Shown here: piece by piece, positions 52,355 to 64,000 of the stretch | Numbering within the stretch: position 1 is the stretch's first letter | Layout of the letters: every line of letters begins with the position of its first letter | Assembly: GCA_002189035.1 (NCBI GenBank) | Contig: NEEC01000009.1 | Location: 868,001 to 932,000 of the forward strand | Direction of reading: 5' to 3' | Source: Utricularia gibba | Taxonomy: Eukaryota > Plantae > Magnoliophyta | DNA: 64,000 nt | Notes under the pieces: generated by a model | What the model saw: only the letters and a program-made list of their open reading frames with translations | Database searches by the model: none | Told to the model about the DNA's origin: nothing | Program-made: the position numbers and the translations under genes

Positions 52355-53182
52355 CTCATGTCCAAAAAAATCAACGCAGTCGACAGTTCCTTAAAGACAA
52401 TCAACACGACCTTCTACCTTCCAAATTTTGAAAAGTAACAAGTTCATCCACATGATATTCCGCACCTCATTCACTGTATCTGGAAATCCCTTCCTTGTCT
52501 CTTCCTTCCTCCATGCGCCTTTCAAATTTTCCCAATTCGACTGTTTTTTTATTCAGAAAAAACAAATTCTACGTGACGGCCCAATAAAATATGGGCCGGT
52601 CTCGCCTGTTAACCCAAACATATAACTACAGTTCGGCCCAATTTATCTGTACACGTGATGGGCCCACTTCCGGTGTAACGGGTAGTTCAGCATTGATTAC
52701 AGCTGGGCCCGGGAGATCTCCTTTTGAAAAAGGAAGAAGGACATTTGACCTTTGGCTTTACATGGTGTAGTCATGACTCAGAATACATGGCGAAGAGCAT
52801 CTCCATTTTCAACCAAACGGATGTCTTTTGGGAAAGCTTGCTTATCCCTGTCCTCCAAATTGAAAAAAAGAGACGCATTTGGGAAGATGAAGATGGGGAA
52901 AACCAAGTTATAGCACATGACAGACGCAAATACAGATTACTGGTATGATATGGACAGGTGATCAATCACCTTGAATTGCATTCCACAAAACCAAAACTAA
53001 CACAAACAATCACTTCCATATTGGACCTAGGAGTTCAGACTGGGGGGATTACATGGGATGGGACAACAGAGAGAAGTGGCAATCACAATGGTACGGGGAG
53101 AGGATGATGAGATGTACAAAACGAACCTGATCAACCTCTCCTCAGCTTCCCTTCCACCAAAAGAGGACCTCCAACTCCGCAG

Positions 53183-54345
<1,163 letters not shown>

Positions 54346-55805
54346 CGCCGCAGAAGAACCCCTAAAACGCTGCGTTTAAAGACCACCGGACGGGTTGGGG
54401 CAAAGCAGCAAACAGTCGTAGGCGTCCGATGCCACACTTTAATGATACGTCCTCGGCCCGTCAAAAAGGAGGCTTGGGCCCACTAATTCAACGCCTCTGT
54501 TGACCAATCACTTTTTTATTAACACATTATAATAATCATATTATTTCCCGCCGGTCACCCACAAACTTCCATAATTAGCAACATTTCATCATCCCACCCC
54601 ATTTTCAACATGCTTTTAATTTCTCTATTTCCATATATTAATTAAATATTCATCTTTTCTTATTGGTCCGTGGGCTTTTACACAACAGTGTATTGGCCCA
54701 AGTCCAATGCCCTCCTAAGCCCAATGTTCTGATTTGATGGGCCCAACACGAGAAAAAAGGCTTCGGATGCCTGACGTCTTCTCAGTTCTCACTTCTGTTT
54801 GCAGTATTCGGACCGGGTTGGCTGATCAAACCGATGTTCGGACCGTACGATCGGAGATCGGTAGTTAAAAGTGTAGTAATGTGGAGTTAGTTTTGTAACA
54901 GTTTTAAAAGTTGAAGCTGGAGGAATTCCTTTTTTTAGAAAACTGCCATGTTCTTAACCCAAGCTCTATGAAGAAGGGTGTTTCCCAAAAGGGCATTGGG
55001 CTAGCTATGGAGCTTGAAACTCCTGAGTTAGTTGGTTGTAATGGAAGGAGGCAGTTTGGAGCTAAATGGAGTTCACATGAGATGAGCAGAAAAAAATTTA
55101 GGGAATCAAAGGAGGGAGACAGTCAATTTATTAGAGGATGGACAAGGAAAAAACATGAGTTCCCAAGGCACTTTCCACTGTGGTGTTGGGAGTTGACATC
55201 CCTTCCCCTCAGTGGAGAAGGAGGTCTATCAATGGGAAAACATGACTTGGAAATCCCTCCAAGCTCACATCTCCATACAATCCAATGCCCCCTTTTCGAC
55301 TCTACACAGAACCCCAGACGAAGCTTAGTATGATGTCAAATCTGAACATAAATGCTGTTGTCCGGGCTCGCAGCTCTTCCAGTATCTAAAAGAAAAAGTT
55401 TTCCTGTGTGTTCTCCATACCTGCACCAAGGAAGACATCAACTGGGGTCTATTTCACTTCCTCACGCACTATTTCCTCTTACACATTTGTGTGAAAAAGA
55501 GCTTTCAGTTTGTGTGTTTACTGATGCACATCAGTTTGAGTGTTGGGATGTGAGCATTGCTGGTTTTGCGAAAGGGGTGGTAGTAGGCTTGTTTCGTTGG
55601 AGAACATCATTGTGCACAGTTGCCGAGAGAACCCCATGTGTAGAAGCACTGCTTAGGGTTCGAATGCTGGATGACGCTACAAGATTGTGTGTGCAACAGA
55701 AACAAAGAAAGAAAGAAAGAAAGCACTATTTTTTCAGTGTAAGCACACACATACCGACATGGGTGTGTGGAAACGTTGCAGAAGAATTCGTGCGAATGGT
55801 GGATG

Positions 55806-55892
55806 GGGGAATGAAGCCTGGTCCGAGAAGCGTGCTTGCTTTTCATTCATTCTCTGTGATACAGAAGCGCCTCTCGAGCCAGACAACGTTCC
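55806..55892 (-). ncRNA. MIR166: MIR166 hairpin (downstream copy)
   Basis: Mature TCGGACCAGGCTTCATTCCCC at 55826-55806; star GGAACGTTGTCTGGCTCGAGA at 55892-55872. Confidence 0.95.
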
Positions 55893-55979
55893 TCTCAGCC
55901 TCAAACACTCGCGGTATGTGTAATAATCGGGATAAAAGGGACTACCATTCATCCAAAGAACGGAAAGGGTGATTGTTGA

Positions 55980-56072
55980 GGGGAATGAAGCCTGGTCCGA
56001 AGCAATTACCAGCTTGAACAACAAGAAGAAAAAGGGCTAGCTCCAGAGCAGCTTCGAGCCAGACAACATTCC
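55980..56072 (-). ncRNA. MIR166: MIR166 hairpin (upstream copy)
   Basis: Mature TCGGACCAGGCTTCATTCCCC at 56000-55980; star GGAATGTTGTCTGGCTCGAAG at 56072-56052. Confidence 0.95.
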
Positions 56073-56201
56073 CCACAACGCCATTTTCCTCACAAATGGA
56101 GATTGGAGAAGAAGAAACCAAAGAAAAAGTGAGAGAGAAAGAGAGAGGGGAAATGAATTCATTTGATTCAGAGGTGAAAAGGGCTTTTGGGGGTTGTCGG
56201 A

Positions 56202-56208
56202 TTATATA
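56202..56208 (-). promoter_or_regulatory. TATA box of pri-MIR166
   Basis: TATATAA on minus, ~130 nt upstream of the first hairpin, followed by a CT-rich leader. Confidence 0.6.
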
Positions 56209-58735
56209 GACAAACAGCTACGCCTCTTCTCTATCTTCACTCAGACTCCAAGAGAGAAAGAGAGATTCACGCATACCAATACACCACCACTGACTTCCTT
56301 CTCAAAACAAAATAATTTGCTTATGATTCAGATGTTGTTTCATCTTCAATTAATCCCCTGACAAATTCCACTTTTTAACATAAACCACATTCCCTAATTC
56401 CCATGCCCCACCCCATTCATCACCTTGCTCTTATCTCATGAAAAGTCTACCCCAACCCCAAATCCTCTCTTGCTTGGATTGAGCTTGCAGCAAGAGTTGT
56501 ATTATCTCTCATCTCGAGAATAGTTGCAGAGATGGAGCACCGATTTTGCTGTGAAAACAGTAACATAGCATAGCATGTGGAAGAACATTGGATCAAAGAA
56601 GACAAGATGTGTTGTATTGTATTGTATTGATTTGATGGAGAAGGAGGGGAGGAGTTGAATGTGTTAATGTTTTCTCACATTCCCAAGGACATGACAAGAA
56701 GAGTGATGAACGTTGTCCCCAGTCAACACAGCCAGCCCTCTCTTTTCCTTCTGGGGTTTTGCCATTCTACGGGTTTGGGTTTTTAGGGAACTGCAAACTT
56801 GCTAATAGTTTAATACTTTTTCAACTGTTAAAAAGAAGACAGGGGTCGACTGTAAAATCCAGCAAGAGAAGAGAAGACAGTGCCTGGAATGAATTTATTC
56901 ATTTTCTAAAGCAATAACGAAGGGCGATATCTCCCTACCCACATAAATGCGACAGTGTTTTCTCCATCATTACCTTATTATTTCCCACCTTCCCTCTCCT
57001 TAACTTTAATGCCCCCTGTCAGACTCATTCTCCCTCCCCACCGCCTCCTCCTTCAGACCCCCTTGTAATAAAACAATCCAAGGATAGCTCGTCCTGAGTT
57101 GTTTTACAGAGTTGAAAATGCGTATTACAGCAAGCTGTGCAAGAACGCCGTTAAGCAGAAGGAGCCATGCTGTCAAAGCTTGCTCGCTTTTCCCACACTT
57201 TCGGACAATCCCCGTTTCACATCGCACACATCGAAACCTTTTACATGAACATGCAATCAATCATCCAGGCTCCTTTAGTTGCAATAAACATTGTTATTAA
57301 TAACACGGGAGTTGAAAACGAGGCCGGGGACGAGGAACCTTTGCATTTGCAGGGAGCTGCTGCGAGGAACAACAGTGGCTTCCGCAAAACACGTCTCGTA
57401 GAAAGACGGCGATTCCGGAAACGGGACATCTGGGGCGTCGAATTGTTTAATCCGAGGGCCAGAAAACGGTGCCCCCCCTGTCAGCATAGTGTAGCGGGAG
57501 CGGAGGGATCGGGAACCGAGGAGATGAGATGGTGGAGGAGTCGGCCCGCGCAACGAGGGGGAAGACGAACAAGAAGAGGAAAAATTTACTTGCGGTAACA
57601 AAACTGTTTACCCCCACCGCCCCCCTGTAACCTCCTCAAGAATTTCAGGCAACGAAATTAAAAATTCTCTCCTCCGGTAGGCAGCCATGGCAGCAATTAT
57701 TTAATGCCGCAGAACAAAGGTTCAATTTCCTGCATCCTGATTGGATCGTATACTTCCCCACTGTCCAACATTTTTCTTTATTTTTTCCCTTTTTTTTCCT
57801 AATTTTCTTCAATCACAAATTAACCGCGGTAGAAATAAAAAAGGTAATAAACACCGTCCACGTGCTGCTGCTTTTACCCTTCCTAACCACGTGATGGTTA
57901 AGTTAATGCCCCTAATTTTTTTGAAATTGAAAATTGAAACCGGTTCGAGTTACGAAAAATAATAAATAAATAAAATTAGCAAATGTTGCTGTCGCATCAG
58001 CTTTTGCATTTATTATTACATGAGTCACGAGTTTGACCGGCCCTAGTAAATGCACACCATCCATCATCTTATGTTCAAATGCTATGGTGGATTTTGCATT
58101 CCAGATTAAATTCCCCATAAATAATAATTATTAATTAATTAATAAATTGATAAAATAATTATGAATAATGAGAATTTGACTTGGTGAGATTTGAAATTGT
58201 TGTGAAGGGTACAAGAGCACGTGATGGCGGTAAAATGTATTCAGAGGGGAGGGGAGGGACAGCTGGCGCACGTGTCAGTTGGCTATTGCTCACCTGCCTA
58301 GAGAGAAATCATATGGTAATGATGCCATGATGATGATGATGCTGCTGCTTCTGCATGCATGCATGCATCCCGGAAGACTGTAACATACATACCTCATAGT
58401 CGACCGACGGACGCTTTGGGTAATAATAATGACAATAGTAATAATAATAAATTATTTTTTTTTAAAAAAAGGTGATCGGAAATGTGGATTTTGGGCTTGT
58501 TACAAGCGTTTTATTCGTGGGCTACGTGGATTGGGCCGGCCCAGGATTCTTTCCACACTGGAGAGAGGACGTTGTGCATCATGAACCAAATCCTGTGTCG
58601 TGTGGTGGAAGATTGAGTAGAAAGTGATGGAGATGAAGCAGATTGAAGTTTCGGCGTATTGTACACATCTCAATTCATTGGAATGTATCAAGAATGGAAT
58701 CAAACATAAAGGAAAGAAACATGCGTTTGGTGACC

Positions 58736-59350
58736 TCATCGCCAGTGCTCGTCCGTGTCTGGCTTAGGCAACGGAGAAGGTTGGGAGAAAGGCAAGGGGA
58801 AGAGGTGATGATCGTTCGCCATGAAAGAGGACGGATGCGAAACGGAAGAAGAAGAGTAGACACCGCCAGCGCCGCTGCCGCCGAATCCCAAGGTCTGATG
58901 GTTCTGTTGTTGATCGATTTGCTGTTGTTTCGGTGCGTTAAGCTTCTGCCCTTCCATGTCTCTGTATTTGGTGAGATAGATTTTGAGGGGATCGACGTAT
59001 GCTTCAAACCCTAGGGTTATGATCGCCCACAGAATGTCGTCGCCGTTGATCGTCTTCCTCTTTTCTCTTTGGCATTTATCGGATGCTTCGCCGGTGACGA
59101 AGCTGATGAACTCCGATACGCATTCCTGAACGGTTTCTTTCGCTTCCTTGGAGATTTTCCCGTTTCCCGGTATCACTTTCTTCATGATTCTGCCCACGTT
59201 TGCGATTGGCAGGAATCTGTCCTGTTCTTTGTTGTTGTTATTCGTATCGTTGTTGTTGTTAAGGGAGCTGGTGGTGTTGGAGGAGGATGTCTCTGGGCAG
59301 GTGCCGCCATGATCGTCTTCTGCTCTGATATTTTCTCGCTTTCGCTTCAT
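58736..59350 (-). CDS. NF-YB: Nuclear factor Y subunit B (NF-YB7-like), intronless
   Basis: [69 protein letters not shown]...[16 protein letters not shown]. Confidence 0.95.
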   Translation of the reverse strand: MKRKRENIRAEDDHGGTCPETSSSNTTSSLNNNNDTNNNNKEQDRFLPIANVGRIMKKVIPGNGKISKEAKETVQECVSEFISFVTGEASDKCQREKRKTINGDDILWAIITLGFEAYVDPLKIYLTKYRDMEGQKLNAPKQQQIDQQQNHQTLGFGGSGAGGVYSSSSVSHPSSFMANDHHLFPLPFSQPSPLPKPDTDEHWR

Positions 59351-60406
59351 GTTTCAGGGGAAATGGGAGAACAGGAATTTTTTATGTTTTAATTTTGTTC
59401 TGTTTTTTTGTTCGTTTTTATTACGTTTCGGGTCTTCCGGCCAAATAGGCGGTTAAATAGAAAGGCTTTCTCCATGTATGAACCGGCAAGTACAAGTCAT
59501 GCCCATGTTTCGTTAACTAATTCCTCCTATTAACCGCATTATCGGAGATTAGGTGACTAAATCTGATCACACATATAGCACAGCATGCATTTCTTACTGT
59601 TCTTTGAAAATCCTTCTTCGTCTATTTCTGCAGCAGACTGGGCTGGATTGTGATCCCAACGGGCAGAGAAGGGGAGGAGAGGGAATCATTTCACTTGTAT
59701 AAAATGCGACTCAAGGCTTACCTATAGAGCTGGATATCGGAGATGTCTAGCACCCGTTTCGGATGTAGTAAGGACAGGAATCAAGAGTAGGGCAACAGAG
59801 AGAGGTGACAAGATCTCTTAGTCTTCCACTTAGTTTTCTCAATTGGAAATTGGGTGCACTTGAATTCTTTAGCTCTGAATTCAATTGTTCAATATGAATT
59901 TCTTAATTATGTTATCTTTTCGTAGCACACGATTTCTCTCTGCATTGAAGGATATTGGCTTTGCTAGCAATCGTAAAATGTTTCTTTTACAGGGGGTAGA
60001 AGATAAAAATTCTTTCCTTATATGGGAGCAGAAATGAAGGATCCAACCCAAGTCGCGGGAGCATGGTGGTGCCCGTAGATGAATCTGGACTTCCTTGAGT
60101 CAGCGGCTACCCCAGTAACTCCGTACCATACGAAAGGGATAGCGGAAAGAAGGGAAGGTGCGCGACGGCAATTTCGGTAGAAGCTTGGAACTTTGTGAGA
60201 TTTTTTTCATGGGCTTCCGAATTAGGGTTAGAAATTTCTTTTTTATCGGAAACAAGAATGGGTCAATTGTGGTTGGTCTAATGGGCAGCATATGGGACGT
60301 GTAAGCGAAGTGAAAAATCAGGTCTTGGCTTCGCGGTATAGCTCATCTTTTATATAACTAGGCTGGATTCTGAAGTATTGCGGTGGTTTTTATAAAAAAT
60401 GATGGA

Positions 60407-62470
60407 ATGGCAGGAATTGCATCCTTCATGCTCAGTCAGTCATCTTCCTTTTTTTCCAAACTCTTGGAAAGATGCATCAGATCCAAGTTGTCTGTTGATG
60501 TCCAAGCCATACATGCTTGCATTGTTAAATCACGGTTCTCTTGTGAAATCTTTATCAACAACAGGCTCATTGATGTGTACGGGAAATGTGGGCATGCTGA
60601 CTACTCGTGCAAGGTTTTCAATACAATGCCCAGTAAAAATACGTTCAGTTATAATGCGATTCTCAGCTCATGGATGGTATCGGGTTCGATGGATGAATGT
60701 GAAAGAATTTTCCATTTAATGCATGAGCCTGATCAATGTTCGTGGAATCTAATGGTTTCTGGTTTTGCTAAGCTAGAGATGTTTGATAGGTCATTGGATT
60801 ATTTTACTGAAATGCATAGAGAAGATTTCTTTTTGAATGAGTACAGCTATGGGAGCGCACTGAGCGCTTGTGCTGGATTGCGAGATAGTATAATGGGAAC
60901 CCAGATTCATGGTCTGTTGTCCAAGTCAAGGTGTGGATTGGATGTTTTCGTGGGTTCTGCTCTTATTGATGCATACTCAAAATGTGGGGAAGTGGCCGAT
61001 GCTAAAAGTGTTTTTGATCAGATGACAGAACGGAATATTGTATCATGGAATAGCATGATAGCTTGCTACGAACAAAATGGACCATCTAGTGAAGCACTTC
61101 AGTTATTTCTTAAGATGATGGTTTGTAACGTTGAGCCAGATGAGATGACACTTTCTAGTGTCATTAGTGCTTGTGCAAGCTCTTGTGCCTCTAAGGAAGG
61201 CCGGGCAATTCATGCCCGAGTCGTGAAACTTGAAAGGTTATGCCAAGATGTTGTAATATCTAACTCACTAGTGGATATGTATGCCAAGTGCAACATGATA
61301 AACACGGCTAGGTACATTTTTGATAGTATGCCTTTAAGAAATGTGGTGTCTGAGACATCCATGGTAAGTGGTTATGCCAAGGCAGCTAATGTAAGTACTG
61401 CTAGAACTTTGTTCTCCAACATGATGGAGAGGAACGTTGTTTCCTGGAATGCACTTATTGCTGGATACACACAGACTGCACAGAACGAAGATGCAATTAA
61501 GCTCTTTCTTCTGTTGAAGAAAGAATCAGTATGTCCTACACACTACACATTTGGTAACCTTCTCAATGCATGTGCTAATCTGGCGGATTTGAAGCTTGGC
61601 AGGCAGGCTCATACACATGTTTTGAAGCATGGATTTAAGTTTCAGCATGGGCCAGAATCTGATGTTTTTGTTGGAAATGCTCTTATAGACATGTACATGA
61701 AGTGTGGTTCAGTTGAAGATGGGTGCTCCGTGTTCAAGAACATGCTCGAGAGGGACTGTGTTTCTTTTAATGCCATGATAGTTGGGTTTGCCCAAAATGG
61801 GCAAGCATCTGAAGCTCTTCAGTTATTTCAAGAAATTTTGAACTCTGGGTTGAAGCCTGATCATGTTACTATGATTGGAGTTCTTTGTGCTTGTAGTCAT
61901 GCAGGATTAGTTGAGGAAGGACGTCTACATTTCAATTCTATGAGCAAAAGCCACGGGTTGTCTCCTTTGAAAGATCATTATACATGTATGGTTGACATAT
62001 TAGGTCGAGCTGGTCTACTTACCGAAGCAAAAAATTTGATTCTCTCAATGCCCATGCCTCCTGATAGTGTTGTTTGGGGATCTCTACTCAGTGCTTGTAA
62101 AGTTCATCACGACATCGGCTTGGCAAATTTTGTTGCTGATAAACTCTTTCAGATTGATCCAGAAAACTCTGGACCCTATGTCTTGCTCTCAAACATGTAT
62201 TCGGAGGTTGGAAGATGGAGAGATGCAACACGAGTTCGCAAACTTATGAAGAAAAATGGGGTCATCAAGCAGCCTGGTTGTAGTTGGATTGAGATAGGGA
62301 GCCAGACGCACACATTCATGGCTAAAGATACCAGTCATTCACAGAAAAGGGATATTTATTCGCTTCTGAAAACACTCTCCAAAACGATGGAACTCCTTGG
62401 AGCTGGTGATATTGAGGCTGATTCTGAGCACAACATCTCTCTGTTTATTTTGTTTCAGGAGCTTAGCTAA
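60407..62470 (+). CDS. SLO2: PLS-E class PPR RNA-editing factor, SLO2 (At2g13600)-like
   Basis: F.KLLERCIRSK, IFINNRLIDVYGKCG, DQCSWN.MVSGFA, LNEYSYGSALSAC, QAHTHVLKHGFKFQHGPESDVFVGNALIDMYMKCG, E-domain PYVLLSNMY...KQPGCSWIE; no DYW. Confidence 0.88.
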   Translation: MAGIASFMLSQSSSFFSKLLERCIRSKLSVDVQAIHACIVKSRFSCEIFINNRLIDVYGKCGHADYSCKVFNTMPSKNTFSYNAILSSWMVSGSMDECERIFHLMHEPDQCSWNLMVSGFAKLEMFDRSLDYFTEMHREDFFLNEYSYGSALSACAGLRDSIMGTQIHGLLSKSRCGLDVFVGSALIDAYSKCGEVADAKSVFDQMTERNIVSWNSMIACYEQNGPSSEALQLFLKMMVCNVEPDEMTLSSVISACASSCASKEGRAIHARVVKLERLCQDVVISNSLVDMYAKCNMINTARYIFDSMPLRNVVSETSMVSGYAKAANVSTARTLFSNMMERNVVSWNALIAGYTQTAQNEDAIKLFLLLKKESVCPTHYTFGNLLNACANLADLKLGRQAHTHVLKHGFKFQHGPESDVFVGNALIDMYMKCGSVEDGCSVFKNMLERDCVSFNAMIVGFAQNGQASEALQLFQEILNSGLKPDHVTMIGVLCACSHAGLVEEGRLHFNSMSKSHGLSPLKDHYTCMVDILGRAGLLTEAKNLILSMPMPPDSVVWGSLLSACKVHHDIGLANFVADKLFQIDPENSGPYVLLSNMYSEVGRWRDATRVRKLMKKNGVIKQPGCSWIEIGSQTHTFMAKDTSHSQKRDIYSLLKTLSKTMELLGAGDIEADSEHNISLFILFQELS

Positions 62471-62665
62471 CTTATTTTTCACTCATCTGTGGTTCCTTTT
62501 GAAATTGCTGCACATCAAATATTTGGGTTTTCCTTGGAGCTTCTTGACTGCATGTCAGTTTTGGCAAGATTCTGATCCAGGGAGAAGGAAAACAGAATAT
62601 GCACCTCACTTCACATTTTAATACATACATGATGTTGCATCAGTTTTAAGCTATTACATTGAGAT

Positions 62666-64000
62666 TCAGGGCGTAGGTGGGATTAAGAAAATCCCTCTGA
62701 TTCCAGAGCCAGAGCACTTGCACCTGAGAACGATGTAACCCATGAATCTGTAGACCAAGATGAAGCAAACCATGATCACGTAATTCCTCCATCTTTTGTT
62801 GTCATCTCTAATGAATCCTTGTTCTCTCAGCACATCATCCCCTGTGAAGACGCAATTTCCCATCATGAAATCCAGGCACTTCTTGCCGGCGAACTCATTT
62901 ATCACCAATCCTTCGAATGGGTACTTGAACAGGGATATGTAATGCATGAATATCCAGTAGTCTGGGATGGCCTTCTGGGACACGAAGTAGCCGGAGAAAA
63001 GGAAGAAGCCGCCCATCACTGCTGATATTACTGAGTTTCCAATGATGAAGTTTGGGACTAATGAGCTGAAGCAGATCACCAGAGAGTTAGCTGTGTAGAG
63101 AATGATCCAGATGAGGAGTAGGAAATGCCCGAACGCTGCGAGGCTCGGGTTCAGTCCGACCAGCCAATACAATGGGATGGAGAACAAGGCCGCTTGAATG
63201 AACAAGAAGGGCAGGTAAACGATCCCATTTGCTATTGCATAAGATGACACTCTGTAGCTTCCATTTGATGTTTCCTTCATTAGAATCTCCTTTTCTTGCA
63301 GGAAGATCGGAAGAGCGTCTATGGTACTTGTGAGCAAGAATGTCAAGATGAATGCGAATAGCCCAATTCGCTCTTGAGTTCCTGCTATCCCATCCTTGAG
63401 ATGGTAGAAGATTGAGCCAAGAACTAGCCCAGAAACCAGCATTGCGATCGATCTGCCAGCGAAGAGCTCTTTCGTTCTGCTGATGTTCCTCCAGAACCTG
63501 TGAGTCAGAATAGCGGTTTCACGGATCCTTGAATTGGCGAATGTTTGAGGGGAATCAGGTACGAGTCTAATGGCTCCCTCGTCCACCACTTTAGACTGCT
63601 GAAAGAGTTGTTGCAGAGTGGATCTCCCTGCTCTGTTCAGGCCTTCTTTCTTGTGTGAATATGGCGGACTTTCCCCATCCGTTTGCTGTTGCTGCTTTAT
63701 CGCATCGATTGATTCGATGGCGTGCTCAAGGACATTGACATGATGTGGGATTTCGAGCCCCATCATCGTCATGTTGATGGAGAGAAGATCGACTCCGCCG
63801 TGGTGGAGTACAGCGCCGTCAGCAAGGAGGAGAACCGAGTTGAACAGCTTCACGATTCTGAAACCAGGCTGATGAATACTCAGGACTACAGTCCGGCCCT
63901 TTGTTTCCGCCATTGTTTTCAGCATGTCGATGATCTGAAGGGCGGAGCAGCTATCCAGCCCTGAGGTGGGCTCGTCGAGAATCACCACCTCCGGTGAATG
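62666..64000 (-). CDS. Half-size ABCG transporter (intronless ABCG5/10/23-like), 5' part outside the window
   Basis: Walker B VILDEPTSGLDS..ALQII.MLK.MAE.KGRTVVLSIHQP; TMD with ERIGLFAFILTFLL, FLQEKEILMKETSNGSYRVSSY, YISLFKYPFEGLVINEF. Confidence 0.92.
   Translation of the reverse strand, partial: HSPEVVILDEPTSGLDSCSALQIIDMLKTMAETKGRTVVLSIHQPGFRIVKLFNSVLLLADGAVLHHGGVDLLSINMTMMGLEIPHHVNVLEHAIESIDAIKQQQQTDGESPPYSHKKEGLNRAGRSTLQQLFQQSKVVDEGAIRLVPDSPQTFANSRIRETAILTHRFWRNISRTKELFAGRSIAMLVSGLVLGSIFYHLKDGIAGTQERIGLFAFILTFLLTSTIDALPIFLQEKEILMKETSNGSYRVSSYAIANGIVYLPFLFIQAALFSIPLYWLVGLNPSLAAFGHFLLLIWIILYTANSLVICFSSLVPNFIIGNSVISAVMGGFFLFSGYFVSQKAIPDYWIFMHYISLFKYPFEGLVINEFAGKKCLDFMMGNCVFTGDDVLREQGFIRDDNKRWRNYVIMVCFILVYRFMGYIVLRCKCSGSGIRGIFLIPPTP

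Noticed and set aside
56900-57700. ORFs 57167-57598(+), 57275-57601(-) and 57241-57429(-) as genes or peptide hormones
   Set aside because: No CLE/CEP/IDA/EPFL/ZPR or other motif was recognised; the overlapping ORFs are explained by GC-rich composition.

Overview
Very gene-dense plant (asterid, probably Lamiales) nuclear DNA. It holds about 22 protein-coding loci in 64 kb, with introns mostly 65-100 nt; a Lentibulariaceae-like compact genome is inferred, not proven. Gene order: Dof TF, MES-family alpha/beta-hydrolase (-) head-to-head with geraniol 8-hydroxylase-like CYP76B (+), SKS multicopper oxidase-like, MAPKKK5, class III peroxidase, CRK kinase, MAP1D, B3 protein, eIF4A-like helicase-C-only protein, P-class PPR, DUF1685, CLASRP-like SR protein, conserved unknown protein, remorin, intronless MAPKKK17/18-like, APETALA2 (with miR172 site), internally deleted SUMO E2 (SCE1), group IId WRKY, a tandem bicistronic MIR166 locus, NF-YB, SLO2-like PPR and a partial ABCG. 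The top candidate system is a two-gene iridoid-pathway module: G8H and a non-canonical MES (candidate iridoid cyclase) sharing a 630-bp divergent promoter. Several genes carry single-base frameshifts in G runs, most likely assembly errors. No rRNA, tRNA, CRISPR array or intact transposon was recognised. All family calls come from motif recognition by eye, with no database searches.
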